From a virus, in IMG/VR virus record IMGVR_UViG_3300005573_000070: 64,000 nt of DNA, one strand, 5' to 3'. The notes below the pieces were generated by a model. It searched no databases and was not told the DNA's origin. It saw only the letters and a list, made by a program, of their open reading frames with translations. The translations under genes and the position numbers were made by a program. Positions 47,747 to 56,952 of the stretch are shown here, piece after piece (position 1 is the first letter of the stretch; each line of letters begins with the position of its first letter).

Positions 47747-47988
47747 TTCTTGTTTTTACTTTTGGGCAGTGGTTCTGAAGTTGTTGAAGCACTAGAAACC
47801 CACCACACTTGTCGCGACAGAAACGGTTCTGGTATCACGTACGGGTAACGGTAAGGATAAACTACCACGTTCCCGCTCGCGTTTTTATATTCACCCAAAC
47901 ATTTTGGGCAAACATAACAAAGCAGCTCGTAGGAATAATAATTCGTCGGTCGTCCACAAAAAGCACATTCATTCTTTTTTTGTTTCAT
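47743..47988 (-). CDS. small Zn-finger protein
   Basis: CAFC...CPKC. Confidence 0.5.
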   Translation of the reverse strand: MKQKKNECAFCGRPTNYYSYELLCYVCPKCLGEYKNASGNVVVYPYRYPYVIPEPFLSRQVWWVSSASTTSEPLPKSKNKK

Positions 47989-48275
47989 TTCGAAGATTCC
48001 TCCTGCTTTAAAAACTTAGAAGCTTTTTCGAGACAATCTAGAACTCGAGACCGAACTTCATTTAACTTCCTAAGAATCAATATCGTTCCCTCTAATGGTA
48101 AACCAGATGTAAGTACATACAATTCGATGTCCGATAATTTCCTGACTTTCTCGACAAGTATTTTAAATGTACTATTGATAGCCTTCCTGTCACCACAAGT
48201 TACCAAAGACTTTAATATAAGACTTTTCTGATTCAGTTCGTCAATAATTTGAGTAACTTCTTTTTCAATGTTCAT
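47985..48275 (-). CDS. hypothetical protein
   Basis: 96-aa ORF. Confidence 0.5.
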   Translation of the reverse strand: MNIEKEVTQIIDELNQKSLILKSLVTCGDRKAINSTFKILVEKVRKLSDIELYVLTSGLPLEGTILILRKLNEVRSRVLDCLEKASKFLKQEESSK

Positions 48276-48276
48276 A

Positions 48277-49251
48277 TCATACTAAAAATTTAGTTAAATC
48301 TTCTATTTGTACAGAATTGTACATTTCATCATAACTTAACCAAGATTGATCTCCGAGAACATACTTACGACCAGATTGTGTGATTATACCTTTTTCTAGT
48401 AAATAGTCAAGAATGGATTGTTTCTCATCTATTCCCCTACCATAATAAAAATTAAGTCTTGCTTCGCGGTATGGAATACCTACTTTGTTCTTTACAACTT
48501 TTACAACTATTTGATGACCAATTTTGTTTTTATTTTCATCCTTAATAGTAGTACTTTTCTCGACACGGATCCTCACAGACGCGTAAAATTTAAGAGCGCG
48601 TCCACCAGGAGAATCTGCTGGGTCACCAAAAAACATGGTTGGACCGCGTTCTATCTTCTCACGAAGTTGATTGATAAAAATAGCAGTACATTTATTCTTG
48701 GCAAGAACTGGTGTTATCATACGTAATGCTTTAGAAAGCATTCTGGCTTGAACACCCATTGTCTGATCTTCTATATCACCTTCAAATTCACTTTTTGGTA
48801 GTAAAGCAGCTGTTGAATCAACTACAACCAAATTAAATCCGTTTTCTGCCAATGTTTTTATTCCTTCGAAAACTTGTTCACCATAGTCAGCTTGTAATAC
48901 TAACAAGTCCTTACCAACACCTATTTGCGCGGCCCAGTTCGGATCATAACTATTCTCTATGTCGAATAACGCGACCTTCTTGCCCAAACGTTGGGCGGTG
49001 GCAAGAGCAAGTAAACTAACATAAGATTTACCGCTACCCTCGCTACCAAACAACTCTATAATTCGCCCTTCGGGATATCCCTTGCCAAGGAGGGAATCCA
49101 GCAACACAAGTCCTGAACTCAAAAATCCGATATCTTCCTCAACTACTGGGAGAAGTCCTAGTTTTTTAAGTTCCTTTAGAATGTCGTCCATATTAAATCC
49201 CCTTTGGTCCTTTCCTTCTAACGAAAGGAACACCGTTAAATGGGTTAACAA
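48277..49251 (-). CDS. recA: RecA recombinase
   Basis: GRIIELFGSEGSGKS, VVVDS, ARMLSKALR, INQLREK, PGGRALKFYASVRI. Confidence 0.95.
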   Translation of the reverse strand: MLTHLTVFLSLEGKDQRGFNMDDILKELKKLGLLPVVEEDIGFLSSGLVLLDSLLGKGYPEGRIIELFGSEGSGKSYVSLLALATAQRLGKKVALFDIENSYDPNWAAQIGVGKDLLVLQADYGEQVFEGIKTLAENGFNLVVVDSTAALLPKSEFEGDIEDQTMGVQARMLSKALRMITPVLAKNKCTAIFINQLREKIERGPTMFFGDPADSPGGRALKFYASVRIRVEKSTTIKDENKNKIGHQIVVKVVKNKVGIPYREARLNFYYGRGIDEKQSILDYLLEKGIITQSGRKYVLGDQSWLSYDEMYNSVQIEDLTKFLV

Positions 49252-49420
49252 CTACTTCAAGATCTTCTGGTAACGATATCGCGTCTGTTGGGTCCGTCGA
49301 AAAGTAATATATGTAATGTGTCTTTGCACCGTCAAGTTTCCGGTGCAAGAAATAAAACTTCTTTTGCTTCTCGCTGTAGTAAACACAAATTTCGTTATTG
49401 GAATTAGAACTCGAGTTCAT
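49193..49420 (-). CDS. small hypothetical protein
   Basis: FYFLH...IYYFS...LP...VV.NP..G.P pattern; overlaps the annotated recA start. Confidence 0.45.
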   Translation of the reverse strand: MNSSSNSNNEICVYYSEKQKKFYFLHRKLDGAKTHYIYYFSTDPTDAISLPEDLEVVVNPFNGVPFVRRKGPKGI

Positions 49421-50015
49421 CTAAACTGTTAATCTCCTCTATGAAAGGATTTTTTCTTCCCTGGGGGTTTGAGCTCGGGTTCGGGTTCGGGTTGGATACA
49501 GGTTGTTGATGCACCACTTGACCTTGATTGGGAGCAGGATTAGGTTGCGGTGAAACGGGACGCTGAACCGGATTAGGTTGTTGAACTGGATTGGGTTGCG
49601 GATTGAAGTGGACTGGGTTACTAGCGGACATCAATTCTGGATTTATATTAGGTACTCGTCTCATCTTAGCAGGCTTAACATCAATAATGTTTACGTACTC
49701 CTCTCCAGACGGGGTCGTAACTGTAGACACAACAACAATTGCAGATGCTCCCTTTAATGCTGTAACATCGAAAGTATCTGCTTGTGACAAATCAGCACCG
49801 AGAGCAACTAACCATCTGAACAGCTTTGATTTGGGTGTCGCAACTTTAGAGCAAAGACCAGAAACGGTCGTTTCGTACCCAGGCTCAACAATATCGAACC
49901 AGAACTTTAATACCGGACCATACTTTCCCTGCAGTTCTTGGACGTCCCGAAGAACCGCGTAGTACTCCCCCTCATCTATAGGTTTTTGCCTCTGTATTTC
50001 GACCACTACAGCCAT
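49404..50015 (-). CDS. single-stranded DNA-binding protein (phage type)
   Basis: EGEYYAVL beta-rich core, P/N/Q linker, acidic tail LDELEF; start ATG 50015 (GGAGGT RBS). Confidence 0.65.
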   Translation of the reverse strand: MAVVVEIQRQKPIDEGEYYAVLRDVQELQGKYGPVLKFWFDIVEPGYETTVSGLCSKVATPKSKLFRWLVALGADLSQADTFDVTALKGASAIVVVSTVTTPSGEEYVNIIDVKPAKMRRVPNINPELMSASNPVHFNPQPNPVQQPNPVQRPVSPQPNPAPNQGQVVHQQPVSNPNPNPSSNPQGRKNPFIEEINSLDELEF

Positions 50016-50050
50016 TTGTTTTGTACCTCCTTTTTTAAGTTTTTGTTTTG

Positions 50051-50248
50051 CCCTCGACATCCAAGGGATATTATCTATCAAAATATGAAGAAATCGTTCC
50101 AATACAGGATATATCCTAACAAAGAACAGATAGATATATTAAAGATTTTTGACAGAGACTACAACGCATCAAAGAACATATTATGGCTAGGGTCTAACCT
50201 CATCTCAGGTTATTTGTCCTGAGAAGGTCCGTTATCGGACCAGACCAC
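50051..50248 (+). mobile_element. 198-bp IS200/IS605 element with internally deleted tnpB
   Basis: TTTG|ccctcgacatccaagggata left end, tnpB remnant, three hairpins, GGACCAGACCAC end. Confidence 0.88.
50085..50222 (+). pseudogene. tnpB: tnpB remnant (N-terminus fused to RuvC-III)
   Basis: MKKSFQYRIYPNKEQIDIL joined to FDRDYNASKNIL. Confidence 0.88.
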
Positions 50249-50255
50249 TTTTCAT

Positions 50256-50768
50256 TTAGATTTGTTTCGTTTTTGTCTCTGCGCGAATAACTGCATCTTT
50301 TAGTGTTGGTTCTATGTTTAACATCGCTCGGACTGTTAAAAATTGTTGGATTAAATTATCATTTTTCGCTTTGAGTTCTTCATAAATGATCGTGACTGTC
50401 TTATAGTACGAATCGGCGACGGCCACTTCTTGTTCCTTCATTTTTATACTGTCGACCAATGACCTGAGCTCGTTATTGGCCACAGCTAACCGCAATTCGT
50501 TCGACTTAAGGGGCTTGACATCGTCGCGGACCAGAATCTGAGATAGTTTGGACTCGTACTCGTTTTGTAAAGCAGCGAGTTCTGAATTAAGAGTAGTACG
50601 GTTCCATATGGCCTCTATTAGAAGAGATAGGACGCGGTCTCGACAACTTTGGATCTCGTAAAACTTCTCATTAAAATAAGTCAGGCCCGCTGAAAGAGGG
50701 TCTTTCTCGAGCGCGGTACTCTGCCGTATAGTGTCCAGTTCTTTGAGTTTGGTACTATAGTCAATCAT
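50256..50768 (-). CDS. coiled-coil hypothetical protein (recombination-mediator-like position)
   Basis: Start ATG 50768; helical. Confidence 0.5.
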   Translation of the reverse strand: MIDYSTKLKELDTIRQSTALEKDPLSAGLTYFNEKFYEIQSCRDRVLSLLIEAIWNRTTLNSELAALQNEYESKLSQILVRDDVKPLKSNELRLAVANNELRSLVDSIKMKEQEVAVADSYYKTVTIIYEELKAKNDNLIQQFLTVRAMLNIEPTLKDAVIRAETKTKQI

Positions 50769-51007
50769 GACTGTTCCTCCCCAGGTAAATACTTTTCCGC
50801 GACTTTCTTCATATCCACCGTAACGCAATGAACCGCTTTCTTGAAAAGATCAGAAGACACTTTCTCAAGATCCTCGTCTGATTCAACATCTACATCTGCG
50901 GTCAGTTCTGTACTGAACTCCCACGACTTATAGTCGTAACTTATTTTTCTGGTATATCTTTTCGTTATTCGAACTATTTTCATGTTAAACACCTCTCTTT
51001 TTGTCAA
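50765..51007 (-). CDS. hypothetical protein
   Basis: 80-aa ORF. Confidence 0.5.
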   Translation of the reverse strand: MTKREVFNMKIVRITKRYTRKISYDYKSWEFSTELTADVDVESDEDLEKVSSDLFKKAVHCVTVDMKKVAEKYLPGEEQS

Positions 51008-51698
51008 AAGTGTCTATATGAAGGCGTGGTGATAAATTGAACCCATGAAATAAGGCAAACTCCCAGGCTGGAACTAAATGTTTGTGATAAACTGCTCTGG
51101 TTTCTCCTCTTGGCATTATCCATACCCTTTCCGGATCTATCCTATATCTCTCAACAGTCTTTAATATAAATACACCGCTTTGCTCGTCGTTGTACACAAA
51201 CTTAACAACATAATTTGTGCAACAACGGTTCGCACGAAACCATTCTAAGAGGTGTGGAGTAGTATCAACTTTCCGTTTCTGTGTAGCCGGGTCCTTGGGA
51301 GAAATGGTCCATAAAGAAATATGCTTTAGTAAAGACTGAATCTGTGACGGAACAATGGTACCGTTGGTCTCTACTTCGACATAGTTAGGCCGAATCATGT
51401 CAATAATGGTCATCATATATTCTGGTCCGTCCGAAAACAGGGGCTCGTTCCCGGTAAACACGATCCATGGATGAAATTTCATTAACTGGACATCTTCTTC
51501 TGACAACGGCCGCGATAACGATCTCGCGTAAGTAGAATCGCAGAAATTACACATAAGAGGACAACCAACAGCTAACCTAACGAATACCCTAGGATGCCCT
51601 GCGTTAACGCCCTCTCCCTGAAAGGACAAAAACACTTCAGATACTTTTACTTCTTTCTCTTGAGAATTTCTTCGATTGTTTTTAAAGTATCTGTCCAT
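50985..51698 (-). CDS. queE: 7-carboxy-7-deazaguanine synthase (radical SAM)
   Basis: SFQGEG..AG...VFVR, CxxxCxxCD, ETNG, SPK, PRLH. Confidence 0.9.
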   Translation of the reverse strand: MDRYFKNNRRNSQEKEVKVSEVFLSFQGEGVNAGHPRVFVRLAVGCPLMCNFCDSTYARSLSRPLSEEDVQLMKFHPWIVFTGNEPLFSDGPEYMMTIIDMIRPNYVEVETNGTIVPSQIQSLLKHISLWTISPKDPATQKRKVDTTPHLLEWFRANRCCTNYVVKFVYNDEQSGVFILKTVERYRIDPERVWIMPRGETRAVYHKHLVPAWEFALFHGFNLSPRLHIDTFDKKRGV

Positions 51699-52039
51699 GG
51701 TCCGTACCTCTCTATTACTTTTACAAATTCCTCGATATCATGTTTTTTGAGAGAAACTTTTCCGTCACTAACTTGTATGTGATAAAGTTCATGAAATACA
51801 AGCGCTTCTTTACCATTCTGGGACAATGAATCCCATACATCTTTGTTGATAAGAACTATCAGATCGTGCCCGGTCAAAAACTTTAATAGCGGCGATGCTT
51901 TTGACGCTCGACCAGCATATCTAATACGACCAGAAATGAGCAAAAACTTAATCTTCAGGGGCGCCTCTTTTAAAAGCTCGCCCGTCAGTTTGTCACCAAT
52001 CTGATTCAGTTCCTGTGACTCATAAAATGTCACTTTCAT
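51647..52039 (-). CDS. putative phage HExxH metallopeptidase
   Basis: EALVFHELYHI...HDIEEF. Confidence 0.7.
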   Translation of the reverse strand: MKVTFYESQELNQIGDKLTGELLKEAPLKIKFLLISGRIRYAGRASKASPLLKFLTGHDLIVLINKDVWDSLSQNGKEALVFHELYHIQVSDGKVSLKKHDIEEFVKVIERYGPWTDTLKTIEEILKRKK

Positions 52040-52488
52040 ATCACTTTACCTCCCACTGTTTTTAGTTTTTTGAGAACGCGCATCATTTCCTCAAAAGAGA
52101 TGATCTCTTTGGACGAAACAAACGCGTCAAACTTCTCCATTACTTTGAACACACAGCTTACCGGGTATTTTTTGAACATCTCTCTAAAAATTGACGCACT
52201 AGAAACCAGAAGATATTCTTTATAGTCACGTTTTTCTATTTGACTGATAAAATCTTGTAAAACTGATAAATCTAACGAAAATTGGTCTCGATAATGCGGA
52301 TCAATCAACTCTAAGAACCGGCGCCAATCACCAGTTATACCACATCCGAAACAATGAAATGTATTTGTATCAGGATAAACTGTAAAACTCGGATTGGTTT
52401 CTTCATGAAACGGACATAAACCTTGGTATACACGACCAACTTTTCTTAGTTCGATACCATATGATCTAACTATATCTACAATGTTCAT
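52036..52488 (-). CDS. CHC2 zinc-finger protein (primase Zn-binding domain)
   Basis: CPFH.E..PSF...HCFGCG. Confidence 0.88.
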   Translation of the reverse strand: MNIVDIVRSYGIELRKVGRVYQGLCPFHEETNPSFTVYPDTNTFHCFGCGITGDWRRFLELIDPHYRDQFSLDLSVLQDFISQIEKRDYKEYLLVSSASIFREMFKKYPVSCVFKVMEKFDAFVSSKEIISFEEMMRVLKKLKTVGGKVI

Positions 52489-53753
52489 GTTTCAATACTT
52501 GGTTCCGTAACCTTAAACGTACTAAAATCGGCTCGCAATAGAAAGGATGGTCTGGCGCCGTCCCTATCTTTTAAAAATTTACACTTCAACAAGCAAATTG
52601 GTGCCGCTGCTAAAACGTCCGGATCATCGATCCGCATCGAAAACACGATGTCGGAATGTTGAATTATCGAGAACGCAAGCGCAATGTCTTGTGCCTCGTA
52701 AAAATCGCGGTCTCGCTCAATTGCGTCGCGACGAACCTGGGCTGCTGTAACAAGAACCGACCCGTATCGCCGAGCAATATTTCGGACCTGTACCGTTATT
52801 GAGTTCAATGATTCCCACAACGATTTATACGAAACTTCGCTCCGAATAAGTGACAGGTAATCGATAATAATAAGGTCTGGTTTAAATCCAAGAGCAGATA
52901 ACTTCGAATCAATAAATGATGGGGTACAATCAGGACAATCTACAACATAAAAATGGTTTGGTTTCTTCTCAATTGCGGTAACAAGGTCCATAATATCCTT
53001 CTTGTGAGCAGCGTCAATATTGCCGGATTTGAGAATTGAGTACGGAATGCCAGTACATAACGAATCAAATCGGCGAACGACTTGGGTGTACGGCATTTCT
53101 AAAGTAAAATAAACAACATTCTTACCGGCCATAAAGACGTTATACGCGATGTTAAGTAGGAGGGTACTTTTCCCTTCCGCGAATCCAGAAACGATTACTA
53201 ACATTTCGCCAGGACGAAGACCGTTTGTTGCGCTGTCGATTGACGGGTACCCTATTTTGAACCCTTCCTTGTTCGTGAGCGCTTCCTCGTGAACATTCCG
53301 ATCTTTAATATCATACGAGGTCCTTCTCCCGGACACTTCTTGGAAATAATAAACTGTTTTCTGGAAGATATCAACTACCTTGACCGGGTCGCCTTTCTTC
53401 AGAAGAGACGCAGCTTTTTTAAGGGACTTCGTGACCAGTTTCGATAAAAATCTTTCTTTTGCTAGTCTAAGGGTAACGTCAAACGAATGGGCTGGTACCA
53501 AGGCCGCAACTTCTTCTACTAGCAATAAAAATTTAGTTCTTTCCGTGTCGTCGGGGATATAAATGTCAGCAAAATGGGACATTACACTAACCGGATCAGA
53601 TATCTCCTCGTCTCGGGAAGATTCGTACAAAGCAGATAAAAACTTTACAAACCATCTTTCCTCCGCCGTATCAAACCATTGAGATATAAGACCTTCTTCC
53701 TTTGCCTTGTAATAAAACGCGCGGTGTAGTAAGAATTTTAAAAGTTCTTTCAC
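52485..53753 (-). CDS. dnaB: replicative DnaB-like helicase
   Basis: SGFAEGKST, TLEM, IIDYL, AAQ. Confidence 0.88.
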   Translation of the reverse strand: MKELLKFLLHRAFYYKAKEEGLISQWFDTAEERWFVKFLSALYESSRDEEISDPVSVMSHFADIYIPDDTERTKFLLLVEEVAALVPAHSFDVTLRLAKERFLSKLVTKSLKKAASLLKKGDPVKVVDIFQKTVYYFQEVSGRRTSYDIKDRNVHEEALTNKEGFKIGYPSIDSATNGLRPGEMLVIVSGFAEGKSTLLLNIAYNVFMAGKNVVYFTLEMPYTQVVRRFDSLCTGIPYSILKSGNIDAAHKKDIMDLVTAIEKKPNHFYVVDCPDCTPSFIDSKLSALGFKPDLIIIDYLSLIRSEVSYKSLWESLNSITVQVRNIARRYGSVLVTAAQVRRDAIERDRDFYEAQDIALAFSIIQHSDIVFSMRIDDPDVLAAAPICLLKCKFLKDRDGARPSFLLRADFSTFKVTEPSIET

Positions 53754-54370
53754 TTCTTCTTTCTCCTCCAGTCATCTACTTTTCTATGGTCAATAAAATA
53801 AAAACATTCGAAAAGCAATGAGTAAAAACCTTTCCCAAACACTTCACCAAGACTAGCTGGTTCAAGGTACGATGTTATTATAGTAGGGTTCCCTTTGCTG
53901 TACCGCGACTTGATAAGGTGCTCGAATTCGTTCGTAAGAATCGATGGCACTGAATAACTGCCAAAATCATCTATGATAAGAAAGTTCGGTTTTATAAATT
54001 CGTAGAACCGGTCTCTGAAACTGTTCGCCATTTCCAAAAACGGAATATAGTAAACACTGTACGAGGTACGACGACGTATCTCTTTTGCAAAGACACATGC
54101 AAGAACTGTTTTCGCTGAACCATGAGACCCGTATATGTAAAACCCTTTCCCGCGTATCTTCGGACTGTACAACCCCTTGGTCACGAGCTCGTCCAGGTAG
54201 TTCGTCAGTTTTTTCTTGGACTGCTCAATCTGGGGATTTGTTAGATCACTAAACTCGAAACTGCGGTACTGCAACGGAATATTTGCGTTTACTAAATCGA
54301 CGTATATAAAATACTCTTTCTTGTTAGTGTTATAAATATGTTTGAGATATTCGATATCTTCTTGTCTCAT
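53750..54370 (-). CDS. DnaC/IstB-like helicase loader
   Basis: GSHGSAKT, IIDDFG, RY...TIITS. Confidence 0.75.
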   Translation of the reverse strand: MRQEDIEYLKHIYNTNKKEYFIYVDLVNANIPLQYRSFEFSDLTNPQIEQSKKKLTNYLDELVTKGLYSPKIRGKGFYIYGSHGSAKTVLACVFAKEIRRRTSYSVYYIPFLEMANSFRDRFYEFIKPNFLIIDDFGSYSVPSILTNEFEHLIKSRYSKGNPTIITSYLEPASLGEVFGKGFYSLLFECFYFIDHRKVDDWRRKKK

Positions 54371-54382
54371 TACAGTCCTCTC

Positions 54383-54412
54383 GAATCTAGATCGATCTCA
54401 ATAACGTAATTT
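54383..54412 (-). repeat. 30-bp exact copy of 61675-61704
   Basis: aaattacgttattgagatcgatctagattc is identical at both sites, in inverted orientation. Confidence 0.92.
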
Positions 54413-54420
54413 GGCCTTTC

Positions 54421-54451
54421 TTAGAAGGTTCATTATTTTGGACCAGGTCAC
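54421..54451 (+). repeat. right-end copy of miniature element
   Basis: agaaggttcattattttggaccaggtcac; its TCAC gives the TGA stop of 54448..54714. Confidence 0.75.
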
Positions 54452-54714
54452 TCTTTGGAAACACCTGTGTCAGAATATAGCCGCTTTACGACAGCGTACA
54501 GATGTTTCTCGATCCGGCCTAGTATACAGTTAGTACATATGGACATGTCGAGTTTGGCCTGATTGGTCTGTCTAAGACACGCTTTCAGGTCCGTAAAAGG
54601 ACATTCTGTTGCTTTTACGACTTGCACAGTTTGATCAGTTCTGTTCTTCATCGAACCTCCTCCTTCTTCTTTACCCTTTGCTAAAGTTTTAAAAAACCTC
54701 TGGTGTCCGAACAA
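54448..54714 (-). CDS. small Cys-rich hypothetical protein
   Basis: CP....C...C..C; likely start MKNRT after GGAGG. Confidence 0.45.
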   Translation of the reverse strand: MFGHQRFFKTLAKGKEEGGGSMKNRTDQTVQVVKATECPFTDLKACLRQTNQAKLDMSICTNCILGRIEKHLYAVVKRLYSDTGVSKE

Positions 54715-55645
54715 TCGCGTCTAATTTCTTACCATCATAATCTCTTACAACAACCCATCCTACGACGGACTGGATCCCTTTTTGCAATAAGTAAGAATTC
54801 TCTCGTTGTAAAGTTCCGGCCATAATCGTGTAATTGTTGGGTGGAAAAGACCATATGCCAAGCATATGTAAATGCCCCGCGATTAGAAAAGTAGGCCTCT
54901 CGACCAAATTACGTAATATTTTTTGGATCATATAAGACCATGCATAAGATGGTGCGCCAGAACCGTGTACCATTAGGATTGACCATCTACTCGCCACCAG
55001 CTTAGCCATATGCCCGAAATATTCACAATTCTCAACATTACTCGCAATATACTTGATCGGGTCATGCCCTACCTTCCAGGAACCTTTAAGCTTTTCCTCA
55101 TGGTTTCCGATAATCAGAACTTTATGAATGTCTTTCGGGATCTTATTAAGAAGCTTAATGGCGTATTCCTCCTGGACATCGATGGACGGCTCTGTAACGT
55201 CCATTGCCTCAACAGAATAAACGCCCAGACCTTGAAGTAAATCCCCCGCGTGAAGGACTGTCTTAATCTTAAAAGTAACGCAATCTTCGACCAGTTTATT
55301 GAAAGCGATCATAGAAAATCCTCGGCTACAAATGTGCCAATCGCTGGTAATTAGTATAGGGAATTCGACCTTACCAAGAACTTTATAGTATTTGTCCTTA
55401 TCGAAGGTACCGTACCTGACAAGACCTACTTTTTTATCGCGGCCAGAATATATGTACTTTAAATCATACCCTTCCGCCTCAATGTCTTTCAAAACATGTT
55501 CAATATTAGATACAACAATTCCGTTGCTTCTGAGCCTATTTTCCAGTTCCTTAATCGATACTGGAAATGTACTCTCAATAAGAATACGTAAAATGGCGTT
55601 CTTGGCTTCCTCTCTTGATCGTGATAACAAACTTTTTATATCCAT
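54689..55645 (-). CDS. HTH + calcineurin-like metallophosphoesterase
   Basis: SDWH, HAGD, GNHE, HG, GHLH. Confidence 0.8.
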   Translation of the reverse strand: MDIKSLLSRSREEAKNAILRILIESTFPVSIKELENRLRSNGIVVSNIEHVLKDIEAEGYDLKYIYSGRDKKVGLVRYGTFDKDKYYKVLGKVEFPILITSDWHICSRGFSMIAFNKLVEDCVTFKIKTVLHAGDLLQGLGVYSVEAMDVTEPSIDVQEEYAIKLLNKIPKDIHKVLIIGNHEEKLKGSWKVGHDPIKYIASNVENCEYFGHMAKLVASRWSILMVHGSGAPSYAWSYMIQKILRNLVERPTFLIAGHLHMLGIWSFPPNNYTIMAGTLQRENSYLLQKGIQSVVGWVVVRDYDGKKLDAIVRTPEVF

Positions 55646-56108
55646 CTTTCACGCTCCTGAAAGGAACTTTATTATCGGTCAGGTACTGTTCCAGTTTCGC
55701 GAGGCCTTTTTCATGACCATAAAAATATCTTCTAGGAGATAAAATTACCCTACGATTAAGATACGCGGAGAGAATCGCCTTAAGTTCCGATTTGGAAACA
55801 TCTTTAAATATTGAGAAAAGCTCATTTGCAGTAAAAACTTCGTCCTTGTGACTGTCGAAATAAAGGACGAGCCGGACTATTGCGGGTAAAGAAGGAACGT
55901 TGTACCATTCAGGCAAAAGCGGAAGATTTCCTCGGTAGAGGTAGATATACGTCCGGCCAAATTGACCATTTCCTTTGTCAAAAGATATAGCTATTATGTA
56001 ACAATCCGGGTACCAGTCAAGAAACCGAACTTTTTCACATGGAACCTTTATAAACTTGTTATCCTCAATAACAATAGGCGTTTCTATCTTCAAATCCTGT
56101 ACTTTCAT
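55575..56108 (-). CDS. hypothetical protein
   Basis: 177-aa ORF. Confidence 0.5.
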   Translation of the reverse strand: MKVQDLKIETPIVIEDNKFIKVPCEKVRFLDWYPDCYIIAISFDKGNGQFGRTYIYLYRGNLPLLPEWYNVPSLPAIVRLVLYFDSHKDEVFTANELFSIFKDVSKSELKAILSAYLNRRVILSPRRYFYGHEKGLAKLEQYLTDNKVPFRSVKDGYKKFVITIKRGSQERHFTYSY

Positions 56109-56950
56109 TTGACAATCTCTTCCGCCTTTCCATACCCGTGCTGTATAGCACGTCTTATTTTGGTAGGGGCAAACTCAAGCGAGTCGGAAACGTCAAAATC
56201 GGGTTCGATTACCTTTATATCGATCTTCCTATAATTATTGAGCGGTCCAAACTTGTCTATCATCTCGTTAATCCGGGTCGCCGTTTCAATATCATTTACA
56301 TAAATTTCGTTCAACAGGATATTGAGAACTCGTTCCAGTACCTCAACTACGTTTTTATATTCTTTATACACAACATCTGCGCGTCTTTGTGAACATAATA
56401 TTACAAAAATCTTATCCGCACCCAAATCAATTGCTTTTTTCAACGGAACGATATCTCGTACGCCCCCATCAACCCATTGTAACCCAGAACGGTTAACTGT
56501 TTGGAAAAAGACTGGAATGGTACAAGAAGACAGAACGTCATCTACCGTCATGTCTTTCTTATTTACATACACAATACCTGTCTCCTGTAAAGACACCTTC
56601 CCCACATAAAAATCAATCGGTGACAACATTAATTTATTTTTGTTAAAGAACCGATTCAGTATTCTTTTAAGCCCGTCAAATTCGTAAATTCCGTTCCTGA
56701 TACCTAACAAACACTTTACATAGTTCAATATACTCTTGGTGTAGATGTCCGAATCTTTCTTTATACCTAACCATACTTGTTCAAGGACATCAAGATCTTG
56801 CTGGGCAACGGCCAAACCTTGTAATGATCCCGTCGAAATACCAATAACAATATCCGGAACTATCCCTTTCACTCTGCACAAATATTTCAAGGCGCCTACC
56901 TGGAATGCGCCGCGTGAACCACCGCCTGATAACACAAAAGCCGTTTTCAT
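56105..56950 (-). CDS. patatin-like phospholipase
   Basis: GGGSRG, GISTG, DGG. Confidence 0.9.
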   Translation of the reverse strand: MKTAFVLSGGGSRGAFQVGALKYLCRVKGIVPDIVIGISTGSLQGLAVAQQDLDVLEQVWLGIKKDSDIYTKSILNYVKCLLGIRNGIYEFDGLKRILNRFFNKNKLMLSPIDFYVGKVSLQETGIVYVNKKDMTVDDVLSSCTIPVFFQTVNRSGLQWVDGGVRDIVPLKKAIDLGADKIFVILCSQRRADVVYKEYKNVVEVLERVLNILLNEIYVNDIETATRINEMIDKFGPLNNYRKIDIKVIEPDFDVSDSLEFAPTKIRRAIQHGYGKAEEIVK

Positions 56951-56952
56951 TG

